Assembly (NCBI RefSeq): GCF_001194135.2
Contig: NC_068989.1
Coordinates: forward strand, 13,720,592-13,757,218
Direction: 5' to 3'
Length of the DNA stretch: 36,627 nucleotides
Source: Octopus bimaculoides
Taxonomy: Eukaryota
Part shown: in pieces, positions 36,597 to 36,627 of the stretch
Layout: the number at the start of each line of letters is the position of its first letter
Position numbering within the stretch: position 1 is the first letter of the stretch
Translations under genes and position numbers: made by a program
The notes under the pieces: model-generated
What the model was told of the DNA's origin: nothing
The model's database searches: none
What the model saw: the letters and a program-made list of their open reading frames with translations, nothing else

Positions 36597-36627
<31 letters not shown>

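Overview
This is a eukaryotic, AT-rich, repeat-saturated window with about 15 assembly gaps, most of them abutting microsatellites. I cannot support any intact protein-coding gene. Nearly all long ORFs in the track are artefacts of microsatellites or N-runs. The repeat repertoire looks like an octopus/cephalopod genome; that is inferred from recalled repeat families, not from a search. The window holds many tRNA-derived SINE copies from several modular families. It also holds a decayed mariner transposon carrying two nested TA-flanked Tc1/mariner-type non-autonomous elements, and LINE remnants (CR1-like 3' end, two L1/Tx1-like tails, an R4/Dong-like RT scrap). The most interesting signal is four minimal hammerhead-ribozyme-like motifs of the Penelope type (CUGANGA, helix II, GAAACGUH) in two dispersed non-coding repeat families. 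One of those families is a tRNA-headed SINE. None of this has been tested computationally or experimentally.
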